DNA of 64,000 nt from Octopus sinensis (GCF_006345805.1 NC_043009.1:8246001-8310000), one strand, 5' to 3'. Shown: positions 24,701-37,502, counted from the stretch's first letter. Notes: generated by a model not told the origin, from the sequence alone. Numbers and translations: made by a program.

Positions 24701-25124
24701 TTCATATAAAAAATATAAAAAAGACACCCTGCTGAGCCTACTTGACATGCATAATTTCACTTTATAAACACACGAAAGGAAACCCTCCTTGTGTATGTGG
24801 ATATGCGGATAGCTAAATGCATATGGATATAAGCACATGCGTGTGTATATGTATTTATGGCTGGGGTATAGGGTGTGTATACACCTCTGTGTTGATGTGT
24901 GTGTGTGTGAGAGAGAGAGAAAATGGATAGATACATATATGTAGATAGGTGGGTGCTTATGGGTATGAGTACATGTGTGTGTGTATGTGCATGCATGTAT
25001 ATATGTATGTATATATGCATATATATATGAATATATGTATATATGCATGTATATATGTATGTATATATGTATATATATATGAATATATGTATATATGCAT
25101 GTATATATGTATGTATATATATAT

Positions 25125-25360
25125 AAGGCGGCGAGCTGGCAGAAACGTTAGCACGCCGGGCGAAATGCGGAGCCGTATTTCGTCTGCCGTTACGTTCTGA
25201 GTTCAAATTCTGCCGAGGTCGACTTTGCCTTTCATCCTTTTGGGGTCGATAAATTAAGTACCAGTTACGCACTGGGGTTGATGTTAACGACTTAATCCCT
25301 TTGTCTGTCCTTGTTTGTCCCCTCTGTGTTTAGCCCCTTGTGGGTAGTAAAGAAATAGGT
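25125..25360 (+). mobile_element. SINE family B, young-looking (CpG-rich)
   Basis: AAGGCGGCGAGCTGGCAGAAACGTTAGCACGCCGGGCG...GGGTAGTAAAGAAATAGG. Confidence 0.9.
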
Positions 25361-25667
25361 ATATATGTATGTGCATACATGTATATGTGTATGTGCACAC
25401 TTGTATGTGTATGTATGTATTTATGCTTGGTTACAGGATGCTTATACACCAGTGTGCTGATGTGTGTGTGTGTGTGTGCATGTATGAATGAATGGATATG
25501 TACATGTAAATGGCTGGATGCTTATGGGTGTGTTCATACATGTATATGTGTATATGCACACCTGTCTGTGTATGTGCACACTTTGTGTGTGTGTGTGTGA
25601 GAGAGAGAGACAGACAGACAGAGAGAGTGAGAGGGAGGGAATAAATCTATTTACAATATGTATCTTT

Positions 25668-25875
25668 TCTACTGTAGGCACAAGGCCCGAAATTTGTGGG
25701 GAGGGGCCAGTCAATTAGCTCAATCCCAGTATGCAACTGGTACTTAATTTATCGTCCCCAAAAAGATAAAAGGCAAAGTCGACCTCGGTGGAATTTGAAC
25801 TCAGAACGTAAAGACAGACAAAATACCACTAAGCATTTCACCCAGCATGCTAATGTTTCTGCCAGCTTGCCACCT
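25668..25875 (-). mobile_element. SINE family B
   Basis: Reverse complement of the family B head and core. Confidence 0.82.
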
Positions 25876-26368
25876 TCTACTTACAATATGTATATGCAAG
25901 CAAGAATATAAATGCTTACATTATGATTAATTTATAATTTGTAAAGATCATCCTAAATCTATTGGTGTCAGAAATGGTAAGAAGAATTACAAGTCCAGCT
26001 CAAGATCCAAAATGGGAAAATACCTTAATTTTCAAACAAATATATTTGCAAGATATAATTTACATATTCTAACAATGTTATAGTATAATGTTATAAAAAA
26101 AGGAAGGGAACAAAATACCGTAAATTCTGGGCTATAAGCCACTACTATTTTACTACACTTTGAACATTGAGGCCAATACTATGGTGCGGCTAATGCATTT
26201 ATTTTTTTTTTGTCATGCCGCAAAAAACATTTTGCCTTGCAACAGTAGACCAATCAAATTGATGAGTAGGTCACAGAGGTCCAATGAAATTGTGCAATAA
26301 ATCAAGAACACTTTCACAATTCAGTTACCGGTATTGTAAAGCTGCCATTTGTATTCACCCTCATCAAC

Positions 26369-27574
26369 ATGGAAAACACTCAAAGAAAAGCATATGATGC
26401 AGCTTTTAAGTTGAAGGTGATCAATCTGGTGGTTGAAGAAGGAAATTGAGCTGCTGCATGTAAACTTGGCATAAATGAAACGATGGTGAGATGGTGGAGA
26501 CGCCAGTAGGAAGAACTGAGTCAGTGCAAAAAACAACGAAAGCTTTCAGAGGTAACCATAGCAGATGGCCCGAACTTGAAAACATTCTTGAAGTCTAGGT
26601 TAACACATGGAGAGCAAGCAGCTGCGGTGTTTCCATCGTGCAGATCAGACTGAAGGCTAAAACAATTGCCACCAAAATGAAAATCAAAGATTTTAGAGGT
26701 GGGCCATCATGGTGTTTTAGATTTATGAGAAGGAAAAGCCTGTCCATCAAGGCACGCACGACTTTGTGTCAGCAGCTCCCTCCCGACTATCTCAAACAAA
26801 GATAGCGGAGAATTCCATCGGGCCAGAAAATATCATAAATATGGATGAAGTACCTTTGACGTTTGACCTGCCTCTCACTCAGACTGTTAATAAAAAAGGT
26901 GACTCATCCATCACACTGAAAACAAGTGGCCACGAGAGAACGCATTTTACATGTGTTCTGAGCTGCACAGCATCCGGACAAAAGCTTCCACCGATGGTGA
27001 TTTTTAAGCAGCTGACAATACCAAAGGAAAAATTCTCAAAAGAAATCATGGTGAAAGTCAATAAGAAAGGTTGGGTGATGGAGAGCCTAATGAAGGTTTG
27101 GCTCAGAGTGCTACACCAAGACACCTGGGGGATTTTTTTCCCACAAAAAAAAGCATTGCTCGATATGGACAGCATGAGGGCCCATATAACAGATTCAGTG
27201 AAAGCTGCCATCAAGAGTACAAACTCAATTCCAGCTGTGATTCCTGGGGGCACCACTAAGTATTTGCAGCCACTGGACATCAGCGTGAACCGGGCATTTA
27301 AAGTGAATCCTTCACCAAAACAGGCTGCATGCGAAGAGCATCTTTCACTCAAGTCTGCCAGTGGATCCTAATTGCGTGGAGCTGTATCAAAACATCCACC
27401 ATCACCAACGGGTTTTGAAAAGCTGAACTGCTGTGTAATGAAGAGGACTGGGTGCGCTTAAGTGAGAGTGATGATGAAGAGGCTGAAGTGAGTGACGAGA
27501 TCCTGAGGCTGTTCAATTCGGACACTGAAGAAGAGGACTTTGATGGTTTCAGTGCACAGGAAGAAGATGAATAA
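26369..27574 (+). pseudogene. POGK-like pogo transposase pseudogene
   Basis: MENTQRKAYDAAFKLKVI (Brinker-like DBD), GGPSWCFRFMRR (CENP-B HTH), NMDEVPLTFD / MDSMRAH-x-LQPLD with D-x35-D, acidic tail. Has stops, frameshifts and a short internal deletion. Confidence 0.92.
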
Positions 27575-27636
27575 GGCGATCAATGACTTTTGACCTGGTA
27601 GGCTGCAGTATGTGTGTATATGTGTGTGTGTGCATG

Positions 27637-27674
<38 letters not shown>

Positions 27675-27700
27675 ATATATATATATATATATGTGTGTGT

Positions 27701-27997
27701 GTGGCGGTGCAATGACCCAGTGGTTAGGGCAGCGGACTCGCAGTCATAGGATCGCGGTTTCAATTCCCAGACTGGGCGTTGTGAGTGTTTGTTGAGCGAA
27801 AACACCCAAAGCTCCACGAGGCTCCGGCAAGGTGGTGGTGGCGATCCCTGCTGTACTCTTTCGCCACAACTTTCTCTCACTCTTTCTTCTGTTGGCCTGC
27901 TCACTTAGCCAGCGGTGTCATTTGAAGGCTAAAACAATGCGAAGCACATTGTGACCAGCGATGTGTAGCAACATCCGATAACCTGGTTGGTCACGGT

Positions 27998-28000
<3 letters not shown>
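27701..28000 (+). mobile_element. tRNA-derived SINE family E, tail variant 2
   Basis: GGTGCAATGACCCAGTGGTTAGGGCAGC..GTTTCAATTCCCAGAC head. Tail CATTTGAAGGCTAAAAC..GGTCACGGTGAT, between (TA)/(TG) tracts. Confidence 0.85.
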
Positions 28001-28028
<28 letters not shown>

Positions 28029-28530
28029 CAGTTGTTAGGAGAAATGTTGTTGGTGCACTGTCCAGTAACAAAGCATAAGTAACGTAATTTGTGTATTACT
28101 TCTACGTGCGTATATATTTAAAAGTAGACGTGTTACAGTCACTGGTCGAAAAAAAAGCATGTGCAATATGTTTGTTTATGTTACCATACGGATTAAATTA
28201 AAAGTTAAAAACTCCTCACATTTAATATCTTTCTGTGTAAATATCTCTTATTACAACATTGGACACCTGCGGCTTAAAATCCGGTTCGGCCTGTACAAGT
28301 ACAAAATTGATTTTCTTTCTAAAATTAGAGCATGCGACTTTTAATCAGGTGCGCTCTATAGTCTGGAATTTACAGTAAGCATTTCTTGATGATGTCAATG
28401 ATGAAGAAATAACAACCATAGGGTTAGGCACCTGTCTAAAGAACACCAAAGAATGGATGCTTAAACTGATCGGCAAGCATGAAAGTATCAAAAACCTTGT
28501 ACTCAATATCAGAAAAAGTGAAGAAATATA

Positions 28531-28786
28531 AACAATTGCAGCATGGAAGGTGTTTGTAAGCCATTTAATAAACACATCTGATGCAGCATGGATTTTTGTC
28601 AGTGAACAGGTCGCGGTCTCAAAGCGATGAAAATATTTTGACAAATTAAACTTAAATGTTGAAGTGAATCAAACGGCTTTTGTGTGTTACTTAAATGGCT
28701 TACAAACACCTTCCACGCTGCAATTGTTTTCATTCCAGCACACAATCTCAGATCAGGTCACTTGCTATGCAAGTACATCTCCGTAA
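28531..28786 (+). mobile_element. 256-bp hammerhead-bearing insertion in the R4 remnant
   Basis: 12-bp direct repeat TGAAGAAATATA (28519-30, 28787-98). Internal 46-bp inverted repeat 28531-76 / 28683-728 (43/46). Confidence 0.78.
28595..28645 (+). ncRNA. Type I hammerhead-like fold with swapped G3:C8 core
   Basis: UUUGUCA GUGAACA G GUCGC-GGUCUCAAA-GCGAU GAA AAUAUU U^ UGACAAA. Stem I 7 bp, stem II 5 bp, palindromic stem III. Confidence 0.7.
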
Positions 28787-31130
28787 TGAAGAAATATACA
28801 AAGGAATTAAAGATCAACAAGACTGAAGTGCAACCAGATGAAACGAACCCACTGTGGAAGTAAAATAAAAGCACAAACCAAGTTGAACGGAATCTCAGAG
28901 CTGTGAAATGGATGGTAGAATAATGCATTGTACTACAAGAGCCAGCAATTCTGATGCTGATGCAAATATGACCCATCAATAATTGGCTGCATCTGGACCT
29001 AAATCAGAAACAGAAGCTTTCATCTGAGGATCAGTATCTGCTCACCAGATACTACCAAACAAGCATTTTTAGAAATGGTGTTGACCCTTTCTACTGCTTT
29101 TGTGGTGCAGCGAAGGAAACAGTTGACCACCTCATCTCTGGATGCTCCTTGCCAGCCTCAAATGAATTTACTAATCCCCATGATAGATTTGGCCAGTATT
29201 TGCACTGGATTAAATGCTATAAGTCTGGACACCCATATGAGAAGAACTGGTGTGAACCTAAGTCTACCAAAGAAAATAAAAATATCATTTTTTAGGACTT
29301 TAATATTTAAACTAGTCAACCTAATCAAACTATTGAGGCCAATAGACCAGATTTTGGGGTAAAAATTTATGCCAAAAATTCATTTTCTCATACATATGTC
29401 AATCCCAGCATACTACAGTACTACAGTAAAATATTTTGGAAAGTTAATTAAGGACCTTGAAAATAAAGGTACCAAATGTGTGGCATCTAAGAACAAAAAC
29501 TCTAACTGTGATCATTAGAGCTTTGAGAGCTGTGATAATTTGATTTACAGAATTATAAATGTATAAATACAGGGGTAATTCAGTCTCCCTGATATAGGAA
29601 GACCTCCAACTAAGGTTAATCAGGAAACCATATGGATGCAAACTCACTCTGACCACCAGGGGCAAGTACCCTCTCTCACCTGTTGTTCTCTGTACCAACA
29701 GGTGCATGCTTAGAGCAGTTCCAATTACTGACCACAGTAATTGACTGGTATTTATTTTAATTATTCTGAAAGTATCACAGGTAAAGTTGACTTTAGTTGG
29801 ATTTGAACTCAGAACATATGGAGCTGAAACAAATTCTGTATTTAGTCTGACACTCAAACAGCTCTGTTCTAATCTGTTGCTCTCAATGACATTAATGATG
29901 GCTCTCTTATTTTGGTAAAAGGTCAGAGATTTGTATAAAAGAGTTAGATTGTCAACTGATGCAAAATAAAATCAACAATTGGTGCAAGAGGATAGAAATG
30001 TTTTAGTTGATCCTGGTGGAATTTGAACTTGAGATTTGTTATTTCTCTTCAACATCATCTTTTAGATCCACTTCTTAGTCCTTGTCTGTGGCATGGTTGG
30101 CATCTTCATTAAATCTTACATTGTATCTTGCTAAATCTTCATTAATTTGGGAAATGTTTCTCTTTCACAAGGCTCCTTGAACAGAATAAGGCTCTGTAGT
30201 ATTATTTTTGTAATTCAAAATCATGGCCAATAGTATATTTATTTTTTAGTCTTTTCAAAGCACATCCACTGATCATTTTGAATGTACAATGTTATCAGCT
30301 GAGAAAGTCTGTGCTCTTCCAATTAGCATTTCATTATTTGCTGTTCTTGAAAATGAACTTGCAAGTGCAAATCTTAAAAGACAGTGGTGTCCAGTATTTA
30401 TCTATTCTGCTTGTGTTTCTGTTATTGTCCAGTCCTTGCTACAATAGAACAGAATTGTTTCCCTGCAAACTTTGAAACGTAGCATTTTAATTCTATCCCC
30501 GTCTGAATAATTCCAAATAAACTAAGCGTACATCGCTACCCATACTAATCAACTCAAAGTAATGCAACCAAGCAATATCAGGAATTTAATCTTGTGTTGT
30601 TTCTGCAACTCTGTCAACTTATTTTTATAGCCAAGAACACATATTTCAAGTAGCTGCTTTGGAACACTAACCATTTATGCCACTGATACTTGCCAACTTT
30701 GAAAAAAAAAAATTTCTGAATTAATCCAAAGACCATAAATATAGGTGAAAGGTATTATTGATCCAGACTTTACAGATAATTACCATATCAACCTTAAAAA
30801 GACAAAGGACAAAATATCAACATTGGTAGGATTTGAACTCAGAACATTAAAGCAGGAAAACAAATACTGCAAAGTATTTTGTCTGATACTTTACCTATTC
30901 TGCCAATCTAAGTAAGATTAAATTATTTTGAGATGGGAATATCAAGTAGAAATGATAATGCCGAGAAAACATAATTCTTCAATAGAAATTCAAAAGCGTC
31001 TCTTCAGGTACCTCTATGCAAACAATTGACCTGCTAAAAACAGCAAGCCAGGTGTAAATTTCCTTCAAATATCATACTATCATCTTAAAAATGGATAAAT
31101 ATACTAGCTAAAATATTGTGAATATAATTA

Positions 31131-31288
31131 CCATACTTATTCATGTATAAGCCACATCCTTAATTTAGTGTTAAATCTTCATATAAAATTTTTTGCTTGA
31201 TTAGTTTTAGATTTGACCTGCATATGTCACACCGTCGTTTTTACAGTTAAAATCAAGTAGAGCATGAACTATACCTGAATAAATATGG
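31131..31288. mobile_element. Tigger/pogo-like MITE
   Basis: TA|CCATACTTATTCATGTATA ... TATACCTGAATAAATATGG: imperfect TIR. Confidence 0.5.
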
Positions 31289-33928
31289 AAATGCACCAGA
31301 AAAGAAGCAAGGGTGGTAACAATTAGAATGCCAATCAATCAGTGAAGCTATTCTACAAAATCACATACCCCCCGACACACACACAGCTATGCAATAACAT
31401 AGCAAAGAAGCCTGTACTTGATTACAAGTCATGCTAGAAGTAGCAGCCAAGTCTCCACCAAATTACATCATTTAATCTTTGTGTCTCAGAGATATCACTG
31501 AAATATCAGTGGTCAAGGCCACAATGCCTTTGATCACAGGTCTGCTTGATCTCAAATGACCTCATGCTAATCAACAGACAAACAAACATAATGAGCATAA
31601 ACAAAGGGAGCTTCATGGTTGCTTCACAAGCTAGAGAAAGCAGCCATATCTACCTCAAAATGCAACCTATTGTCATAAATAAGGAAATGACACATCGAAT
31701 ACTATACCCAGATATACCCTGAAAATGACGGGGAAACTGCAACCAAAAAGCCTTCCTTTGATCAAAGAATTGCTCAATCAAGAATGATTTGGCAGTAAAC
31801 AACAAGAAATACATACAAGAAAATACACATTTACACACAATATATCAATACATGTACTAAGAGTTAGTTATTTCTGCATATTTATGACAACATACAGTAT
31901 CAAAATTATCCAATAATTAATGTTTTCTAGATTTTTTCTCTCATTATCTTCGTTATTATTTCCCTATGTTTCCAACTAATATTATCTTCAATAATTTTCT
32001 GATAAAATTTATTATCCGTAGGTTTTCTTTTCTCCTTCAATTTTTTTATTTTCATTGTTTAAAAATAAGGTTTGTTTGTTATTTTTACAGTGTCTATTTT
32101 AAGAAATTTAATGATTAAAATTTGTTTTGTTTATTGACAAGTATGGTTATTAAGTTTATGAAGATTTTAATATTTCTAATGTATAAAAGTACTGGTCACA
32201 TTGAACTTAGATCTAAATTGGTTTGAATTAACTACTGTTAATTTGATTCGGGCAACCTTTTTGATCTGTGTTTTAGTGTTAAACTACAGTTATATGTTGA
32301 GAAAGAAAGGAAGAAAAACAAACATTATCCTCTTCCATCTCCTTTCATCATCATTATCACCACCACCACCACACTGATATCAAAAGGAGAGCAAAAGAAA
32401 TGTTTGAAAAAGGAAATAAGAATGATGATGTGAGATCTAATCAATTCCAGAAAATATAGAATTTGGATTGGATCCCACTGGCAGACAAGTTTAAAGAAAA
32501 TTTTGGAATCTAAGTCTGCTGAAAATAGCAAACCAAATCTCTTTCAAATCACACAGTACCATCTTTAAAATGAGAAACAGACACTGGTGTTTAATAATAG
32601 AGTCTGGAATAAACACTGCCTGAAAGTTGTGAATGACAAGACCTAGGGTGGAGTTTGGGAGGTGGTAGCAGATCTTTTAGGGTATGAGCAGGGGCCCGAG
32701 TGCAGGGGGTGAAATTGCACCCCCTAAAATTTTGTTGGGGTGCAAAATTCAGCATTACACCTTCTACTTATCTTTCTCGGGCTTAGAAAATAGTGTTTAA
32801 AAATTGATCCATAAAAAGTATTTTGATGTTAGGGTTCTTCACAAAACAAGAACAAAGAACTAAAATTAATAAAAAGAAAACATCCACCAAAATCCCTAGA
32901 TAGATATATTACTAAACTAAAGCATCCTCAACATTAGGATTCAAATTATGTCTGTGTGTGTGTGTAACAACAACAACAACAATCATGGCAACTCTTCAAT
33001 ACTAGCACAATTGATGCACTATTAAACTCCACAATCAAGAGCCCTTCACAGTTCAGCTATCCACTTCCTTATTTTCTTGCAATACCACAAGTGACCCATC
33101 ATCATTGTCAGGATGTTCTACTGCTTCTACCTTTTCCACAACTAAACAACAGCAACAACAATAAGCATTGGAAGTCACTCATCAAAACTAGTACAATTGG
33201 TGACCTATCAAACAACACAAGTCCCAGCTCTTCTCCATAGTCAGGCCACTCAAATGCTTCTCAGAATAACACAAGATATCCATCACCATCATTGTCATCC
33301 TATTCTACTGCTACTACCATTACCACTACTACTACTCCAATTAGTGAAGAATCACTCTTTTCTTCCCCCACTGTCCACCTCTGAATGTATACCTGACAGC
33401 TCCATCATAGATCTGCCAACTGTAAATAAAGTAAAATTATGAACACACAAAACTCCAAAATATGTTGCTATTCACAATGTGAGAGACTATGCAGTGACTA
33501 TAGCTTCACCCATTTACCTAGGACAAGACATAGTTCGTACAAACAATAACAGCCAAAGCCAAACCACATTTTAAAAATATATTACACATGCATACTAACA
33601 CACAAATACAACGGCTTTCACACAGTTTCCATCTGTCAAAGCTATGGTAAAAGATAGGTGCCTAAGGTGATACATCATCTTGGGATTGAACCTCGAACAG
33701 TGTGGTTGTGAAATGATCTTCTTAACCATACACCACACATCTTTTAGTTTAACACCATCACAAGACTTCTGCATGTATTGTCATGTGAGTGGGCTCTATT
33801 CATACTGATCACTTTTCGGTCATAAAACTGGAATAATAGTGCAGTTATTTTAGTGTGGGTTTAGTATTAATACATGACCTATGTAATATGTAAAGGTGCA
33901 TGGCTCAGTGGTTAGAGCATCAAACTTA

Positions 33929-34030
33929 TGATTGTGAGAAAGAGATGTAATGAAATGAGATGTAATGATTGTGAGAAAGAGATGTAATGAAATGAGATGT
34001 AATGATTGTGAGAAAGAGATGTAAAGAAAT
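33929..34030 (+). repeat. 37-bp tandem repeat, about 2.7 units, at the insertion junction
   Basis: Unit TGATTGTGAGAAAGAGATGTAATGAAATGAGATGTAA. Confidence 0.9.
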
Positions 34031-34249
34031 GTAGAGGGTGCAATGCTGAATTTTGCACCCCAACAAAATTTTAGGGAGTGCAATTTCACCCCCTGCACTC
34101 GGGCCCCTGCTCATACCCTAAAAGATCTGCTACCACCTCCCAAACTCCACCCTAGGTCTTGTCATTCACAACTTTCAGGCAGTGTTTATTCCAGACTATA
34201 TTATTAAACACCAGTGTCTGTTTCTCTTTTTAAAGATGGTACTGTGTGA
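34031..34249 (-). repeat. 219-bp inverted copy of 32549-32767
   Basis: Manual alignment, about 5 substitutions and no indels. Confidence 0.93.
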
Positions 34250-36230
34250 GTTTGAATCCTGGACCAGGCTGTGTGTTGTGTTCTTGAGCAAGACACTTTA
34301 TGTCACGTTGCAGTTTACTCAGCTGTAGAAATGAGTTGTGACATCACTGGTGCCAAGCTGTATTGGCCTTTGCCTTTCCCTTGGATAGCATCGGTGGCGT
34401 GGAGAGGGGAGGCTGGTATGCATGGGCGATTGCTGGTCTTCCATAAACAACCTTGCCCGGACTTGTGCCTCAGAAGGTAACTTTCTAGGTGCAATCCCAT
34501 GGTTATTCATGACTGAAGGGGGTCTCCGATGTAATATGTCAGAGTATTAAATATATCATGAAACATATAACAGGTCTTGGCTCCATAATCTGAATGGCAA
34601 GCCCTCTGATGAGATGAGATGATTAGATGAGCCTATCAGAAAATTCCTATGTAGTTGCTCAACCTGATAGAAATAGTTATGAAATCTTCCCCAAACCACA
34701 CACATCTTACTGTCATAGAAAGAGAGACATTGAATAGTAAAGAGTACACTATGTCTGGAAAAAGAGATGGAATGGTCATGGAAGGAACTAAACAGATGGT
34801 ATTAAAAATCAATTTTGAATTCGTCTTGATGACCATAACAAAAGAGAATTTGGTTGCTCCTAAATAGTCAGAAAGAGAGACCAGAAATTTAGCAGGAATT
34901 ACAAGATATACATTATATGAAATTATTTTAACATCAGAAACTGAGGAATAATTGTTTTTTAATGAAATGGAGACTAAAAGTGACAGTATGATAATAAATT
35001 GAACAGCTGGTATATTGTACCAAAGTGTCTAAATGAAATGAATAGCAGACAAAGTCATGTGACAGATAAGAGACAGACAGACAGGCAACAATGTTCTTTT
35101 GTTTATATATTAGTTACTTACAATTATAATTTTTTTTTTGTGGCTGGTATTTGTAATTTATTCTTTGCTGTTACTTCTCTTTTAATTATTAGTTAATCAG
35201 ACTTGAAGTGCTGGCAGCAGTGTCCTTCCTCTTTTGAAAGTATTATAAGATAGTTGATATCAATTATAAAAAAAAAAAATTACACCTAAGATGATGAGGT
35301 TTTTGCCTATGATCAGCTTAGACTGAATCTGACCTTATGGTCAGAAGTGTTCCAGCCAAAGCCATCTTGCCTTTTTTAGTAGTGAATAGGATTACAATAT
35401 ATTTATTTAAGTAGATGGTGAGGTGTGAGTTGAGGAAGATTTACTCACAATTTCTAGTAGGTCACGTGAACACAACAGAGTTCCTTCATTGGATTGCTGG
35501 AAGATATGAAAATGAGGGGTGAGTGAGTATTGCAGGAGGATGTAGATCTGGAGTGGAAGGGTTGGTTGGTTGGTTGATTCATCAAGAACAGAGTTTGGCG
35601 AGTAAGATACAGTAAGGATAATACTGTGTCACAAAATTAAAATTAAAAAAAAAAATTTTTTTGTCTTTGGTTAGTAAGTGTTATATCTTATTTGCTTCTA
35701 TCTGGAAACCAAAGGAAATGACTACTATTCCCTTCAAACTTTGCTTTTGTGACCTGGACATCAATGTTTCGAAACTGACCTATTTTCCATTACATTTCAG
35801 ACTGATTCAGCACTGAGTTGCTGAAGCAGAAATATCATTATAGCAAATATTCTGCTCAATACCCCAAATTTGTTTGTCAGTAGCTTGACCTTAAATACTT
35901 GAGCTTGTCCCTTAGTGGCTGACAATATGTGCATCCTCTGATTACAAGCAGGAGTAATGGAACAGCATCATAGCCATATGCTGAGAGGGATTCTTTGACA
36001 TTTTAAATAAATGTAACAGAAGCGAAGCTGGAAGGAAATATTAGTCAGTTTCCATACTTTCTCGGGGTCAGAAAATAGGAAATAACAGTTGCTGCCCAAG
36101 GACAAGAATCATGTTAGACAGGGTAATGAAATGAATAGAAGCACATGCACCCCCTACTAAAGTAGAAGTGGTACCTAACTTGTTACTTGAGAGAGACGAG
36201 TTATTTACAAGGGTAAAAAAAAAAAAAATT

Positions 36231-36622
36231 AAGGTGTAGGCAAGGCTTTGTAGTTAAGAAGGTTGCTCTACAACCATGTAGTTTGGGGTTCAGTCCCACT
36301 GTGCAGCTTATAGAGCAAGTGTCTTTTACTATAGCCTCAGGCCGACCAGTGCCTGTTGACCGAATATGGTAGATGGAAACTGTGTAGAAGCCTGTTGTGT
36401 ATATACATTTTTGTGAATGCCTTTGTGGGTGTGTTTGTTCCCCCCACCCACCCATCAAGTGGCAACTGGTGTTGGTTTGCTTATGTCCCTGTAACTTAGC
36501 AGTTTGGCAAACGATATTTATAGAATAAATACCAGACTTAAAAGGTAAAAACTGAGGACCATTGTTCAAGACAGCTCCTCGGTATGGTTGCTGTCTAATG
36601 ACTGAAACTAGCAAAAGATGAA
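36231..36622 (+). mobile_element. SINE family A, tail type 1
   Basis: Head, core and GACTGAAACTAGCAAAAGA tail. Confidence 0.78.
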
Positions 36623-36847
36623 AGTAGTGTTGCTCAGTTGTTGATAGAAGCAAGTAGTGGCACTACATATTTAATATATGTGCACGCATGAATAACTACA
36701 TGTCTGGTAAGTTCACTGTCATCAGTTCATGGCAAGGAAAGTTCACTGTCGAAAGTCCACCATCGTCAATTCACCATTCTTTTTTGCTTTATTTTTCAAT
36801 AAAATAGTTTCTAACTATTAATGGTGAGATGCTATATTCTCTTTCTC

Positions 36848-37098
36848 TTTTCTCTTTTACTTGTTTCAGTCATTTGATTGTGGCCATGCTGGAGCACCGC
36901 CTTTAGTCGAGAAAATCGACCCCAGGACTTATTCTTTGTAAGCCTAGTACTTATTCTATCAGTCTCTTTTTACCGAACCACTAAATTACGGGGACGTAAA
37001 CACACTAGCATCGGTTGTCAAGCGATGTTGGGGGGGACAAACACAGACACACAAACATATATGCACACACACACACACACACATACATACATACTTAC

Positions 37099-37137
<39 letters not shown>

Positions 37138-37160
37138 TATATAAATATATATATATAAAT

Positions 37161-37209
<49 letters not shown>

Positions 37210-37254
37210 TATATATAAATATATATATATTAAATATATATATATATATAATAT

Positions 37255-37286
<32 letters not shown>

Positions 37287-37390
37287 CTATATAAAATATA
37301 TATATATAATATATAATATATATATAAATATATATATATATATTATAATATATATATAAATATATATATATATATAATATATATAAATAT

Positions 37391-37422
<32 letters not shown>

Positions 37423-37502
37423 TATATATAAATATATTATATATATATATATATATAATAATATATATATATATATCTATATTATATATATATATATTCT
37501 AT

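Larger units (their letters stand above)
26118..28375 (+). mobile_element. pogo-superfamily (POGK/Passer-like, DD35D) DNA transposon
   Basis: TA|CCGTAAATTCTGGGCTATA ... TATAGTCTGGAATTTACAG|TA (15/19 TIR match, TA TSD). Contains a nested SINE at 27701-28000. Confidence 0.9.
28390..29620 (+). mobile_element. R4/Dong-clade (RLE) non-LTR retrotransposon 3' remnant
   Basis: TTIGLGTCLKNTKEWMLKL, SGPKSETEAFI, CGAAKETVDHLISGC (CCHC knuckle), HDRFGQYLHW, ANRPD (RLE), WHLRTKTLTVIIRAL; many frameshifts. Confidence 0.82.
33892..34528 (+). mobile_element. tRNA-derived SINE family C, interrupted by a templated insertion
   Basis: A box TGGCTCAGTGG at about 33901; body resumes at about 34245 (GTTTGAATCC). 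11-bp TSD ATGTAATATGT (33881-91, 34529-39). Confidence 0.88.

Noticed and set aside
27701-27775. tRNA genes at SINE heads (also 43588, 33892, 60846)
   Set aside because: A/B boxes only; no acceptor stem or full cloverleaf, and each continues into a SINE body.
33929-34030. CRISPR-like look of the 37-bp repeats
   Set aside because: Direct tandem units without spacers, eukaryotic context, no cas genes.
34605-34665. CTGATGA followed by GAAA (also at about 4545 and 39556)
   Set aside because: No proper stems I and III; the GAAA at 34.6 kb belongs to a family D repeat.
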